Source of the DNA: Eledone cirrhosa
Taxonomy: Eukaryota
Assembly: GCA_964016885.1 (NCBI GenBank)
Contig: OZ024750.1
Span: 45,384,001 to 45,448,000 of the forward strand
Direction: 5' to 3'
Length of the DNA stretch: 64,000 nucleotides
Positions 59,796 through 64,000 of the stretch are shown one piece after another. The notes beneath the pieces are model-generated. The model was not told where the DNA came from. It did no database searches and saw only the letters and a program-made list of their open reading frames with translations. The translations under genes and the position numbers were made by a program. Within the stretch, counting starts at the first letter, position 1. Each line of letters opens with the position of its first letter.

Positions 59796-60416
59796 ATTCG
59801 TATACTTACAATAAAATTGCAAGATTTCGTTTCAGGTTGTCTTTTGTTGTGTTTGACCGGGAGACTGAGCCAGCATGTAGCAGTTCTTATATCCCGTCAA
59901 AGACCTCTTCACAATCATATATTTCTCTGCTATCGCCCTCAGGCCATACATGAGTTCCTCTAGCTTATAAAAGGGGTTGTATCTGTATTGGTGAGTATGA
60001 TTGCATAGTAAATATTTTTTTTCTTTCTTTCTTTCGAGCCAGGGACATTGTTCGAGCTATTCTCACTGCAGGTGTCTGAAAGCCTGGATCCTTCGTAAGA
60101 CACGGCTCTCTATAGAAGTCACTTTCGGCCTTCTCTTGGCTAATGGACATTATCAAGCAGATGAATGGAATACCATACATGCTGAAAGCCAGTAAATAAT
60201 CGGTACACCAATGCGTAACATATTGATGCCTTGCGGTTTCTATAAACTCTCCCCTAATTACCCCATCACTCTATATATCCAGTTGGCGTGACTTTCGCCT
60301 CCCTCACCTATTGTTGCGTCTTATACACATCTTTATTGACATACATAACAAGACATGTTTTATTTATGTTATGTTCACGACCTTAGTTTTTACACACACA
60401 CACACACACATACACG

Positions 60417-60479
<63 letters not shown>

Positions 60480-60583
60480 ATACATGCTGGTTTTTATTGC
60501 AATAATATATTTCAACTGACATCACGGAAATAAGATGTTATATATATACATATATACGTACACACACATACATACACACACAC

Positions 60584-60672
<89 letters not shown>

Positions 60673-63600
60673 CATACGTATACATATATGCGAACATACA
60701 TACATACATGCATACATACATATATTTACATACATTTGACTCTTGTTTATATATATGTGGTTTGTTTGGTAATATTATATGTTATATTTTGTCTATTGCG
60801 AAGGGTGTGTGGGTGTTTTCAAAATGTCTGCTTTTTTAGCAATGTTTTGTATTTGTTATCAGTGAATCATCGTAATGTATATAGCAAATATTCTAGCCTA
60901 ACTTCATCTAGTCACTTCTATAAATGTTACTTCACCACAGAAGAATGGTGGTTTTTTCCACTCTCACAAATAAAACAAAACAACAAAACAAAAGAAGACA
61001 AATAAACAGCATCGTACACATTTTACTCTAAATTTTATCCCACAAATTCTATCCAAATATTTTCTCGAAGATATTTTAAGATGATTTTGTTGTTCCCCTT
61101 GCACTTATTGTCTTGTTGTTATTTAGCCTCATGCCAGCTTATATCAAGCAGGGCTACCCTTCAAAATGTTCGACAACTGATCATGCACCATTTATTTATA
61201 TGAAGGACTACATTGTACAATGCATCCTTCTGCGTTAACTCTGGCTGTGTCATATGTAGAGGATTAACCTATTAGGTCTAGGAGTTCGAGCAATCCCATA
61301 ATGCATTCTTCTTTTCCTATTCTACTTTCTATAAACTAATGACTATAATGAGAAAAACATGTTACCAATGTTAGGCATGTAATTCTGATACAGACGAAAA
61401 TATCATGGCATATTGAACAGTTTTGATTGTAAAAGTCGAAAATAAGTTTGACATACATATGTACACCAGACTGAACACAAAGTAACCAAACCCCAACTGA
61501 AATATGTAATTATGATGGGGTCTTATATTTCCTCACGGTTACCGAAATTTCTATGGAACCACTACAGTCAAATACACTAACACCAATTGTTGTCTTCGTT
61601 GTGGCCACAATAGGAAAGCCGTCCTAGACATAATCCGCTAATAGTTTTAACACTACAACTTAACATTCCCTTATCGTAAGCCGAACATTTTATATCAGAA
61701 ACGTTTCTTAAAATGTCTTTCCTCATTTTAAGACATTTAAACGATATTTGGATGTTATTTTAATGAGTTATATGATATACAACCGGTGAATTGGCAGAGT
61801 CGTTAGAACGTCGGATAGAATGCTTTGTAGTATTTGGTCCAACTCTCTGCTCTTTGAGTTCAAATCCTGCCGAGTTCAACTGTGCCTTTCATCCTTTCGA
61901 GGTTGATTAAACAAGGACGAGTCTAGTACTTGGGTCGATTCTTGCTCAATACCTATTTCTCATATCCTTTCTCTCTCACTTTCTATCTTTCTCTGGAAGA
62001 AATCTGCTGTACTCACGCCTAGAGATGGGTGAGCTCCGCCAGGTTTTAAATGCCCAAGAAACGCGTATGTCCTTACGGTGCCCTTACAGCTCTGTCAGGA
62101 GTTACTGTACCATACATACATACAGAAATACATATGCTATTTAACTGATATTTCTAGAAATTCAAACAATATTTGGTTGCTTTATCGTTTAGTTGTAACG
62201 ATATTTATTGATCATTTCAAAATATGTGTGGCTGCTACTTGTAGCAGTTTTTATGGCCACATAGATACTCCCATGTTATGTCCGATAAAGTCACTGAAGA
62301 ATCGGATATAAACATATATATGTTATCCGGAGAAAATGAAATAGGCGGAAGAGAATTCTGTAGTCTACAGATCTGTGACAGATTTGTTACACAAGCTGTC
62401 ATAAATCAATATTGGTGTGTTTATATAGGCTTAATCGATGACGGCTGGAGGCGTAATTAAACAACAAAACGTACGGTATAGCATACAAGGATCTCAGTGG
62501 TTAATGTATTTATACAAATAAGGATTTCTATGTTATGCACAAAGCAAACAACTTTGGAGGGAAATAAATACTCGAATATATCAACAACAGAACTTGTCTG
62601 GTAGTTTATTTTATCGACCTCGGCTTGATTGGAAGAGGTTCTATCTAAATATTACAAAGCACTTTACCCGTTGTTCTACGGATATTCCCAATCCAGCCAC
62701 TACCCTTAGACTACTAATTTATGTGAAGGGTTTAATCGATTAAATCGACCCCCACAAAAGTGCTTATAACTTTTGTTTTCAATGCTTCGAAATAGTCTAA
62801 CAAATAATTCTCATGAATAATTCTCATAAACCCTACGAGGCTATTATGGAATTTTAATTTTTTAATGAGAGGAAACATTTCTATAAACAATAAAGGAAGA
62901 GAAAATAAGGACGGGAATGGGATAGATCTTCATAGGATTCCATCATACGTGTTCGGGGATTTTGATAGACGGAACAGTATACTCCTGAAATTAACTAGTA
63001 AGTGACTGAGCATTTAACTGACACGTGTACTCTTCACGTAATTCTCAGAGAGGTTCAGAGTGACATAGTGTGTGAGAAAACTAGCAATTTAAATTACATG
63101 TAACGTCCTGCCGACGGTCTTTCCAAAAATTTCCATCTCCCAAATTTCACTGGAAATTCACGGATCTTTTCGAGGCTATCGTAAATTATGCAAGCGCAAT
63201 ACTGTATCCAATGATTATCTAATGATTACAGAGATCATTGGGTAGCCATTGGGTAGCAACTTGGCCTTGCATACTGGGCACACGATAGGGGGATTCTATA
63301 AAAGGTACAAAATAAACATGAACATGAAACATAGAATGAGAGGGAAGCAAACATACCAAGAGTTAACCTTTCTTTGATACCAGCTAAATAGATAAATAAT
63401 AATCGACATCGACTATTATAGCTTCTTGAAAAAAGACACATTGATTCAAATCAAAAAGAGATCAGTCTATTATTTTAACCCAAAACATGACTATCAGATT
63501 ATTGCATCACCCTTCGTAAGAGTTCAATGTAAAGCTGCCCTCGGCGGGATTTAAAATCTAAACGTTATGATTGGGAAGAAATACGGCGAGACATGTGGTC

Positions 63601-64000
63601 TGATACTGCAACGGTTTTACTAATCCACAGTCCAATATAACATAACTATGTATTTATTTCTAGCTTATATTGCCAATACGATATATATATTGTTCATCCG
63701 GTAGATGACGTCCTGTCCAGGGGTAATCTTGCACTTTTAATCGCTTAACACCAATGAAAACCGGCATAAGCACCGGCCTGATGTGACAGACGGATGTTGA
63801 GAGACTTTAACTTTAAATCTAACTTTTATCTCGTACATGTTTGCATTCTTAAAGGGTCTGATGTTAAACCCCTATCAATCCACCCTGTCTACTTTGAAAC
63901 AAAGTTGTATACTTTAAATCATTTCTACTTATCTAAAACAAACTCTCTCGTGATATTATCAATATATACTTAACTTAAGTTCCCCAAATCAGCTTAAACG

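Overview
Very AT-rich, repeat-saturated eukaryotic DNA with no identifiable intact protein-coding gene. The long ORFs in the track are translations of microsatellites. The mix of (TA)n/(CA)n/(ACC)n tracts and two tRNA-headed SINE families fits an octopod cephalopod genome (inference from recalled repeat types). Recognisable content: about 25 SINE copies, decayed RTE-type and R4/Dong-type LINE fragments (one with twin-priming geometry), a 1.08-kb non-autonomous Helitron and a 31-32-bp minisatellite. The main finding is a dense set of short non-coding elements inside (TA)n tracts, from at least eight families. They carry hammerhead-ribozyme cores (CUGANGA-stem II-GAAA-stem III-NUH, about 20 intact or decayed copies) and often form head-to-head palindromes with 3' ends facing the TA tracts. 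This matches non-autonomous Penelope-like pseudo-LTR or retrozyme-type elements. One family with the same architecture carries a complete tRNA-like cloverleaf plus a Pol III terminator in a 272-bp tandem monomer instead of a ribozyme. All folds were done by eye and coordinates are approximate to a few bases.
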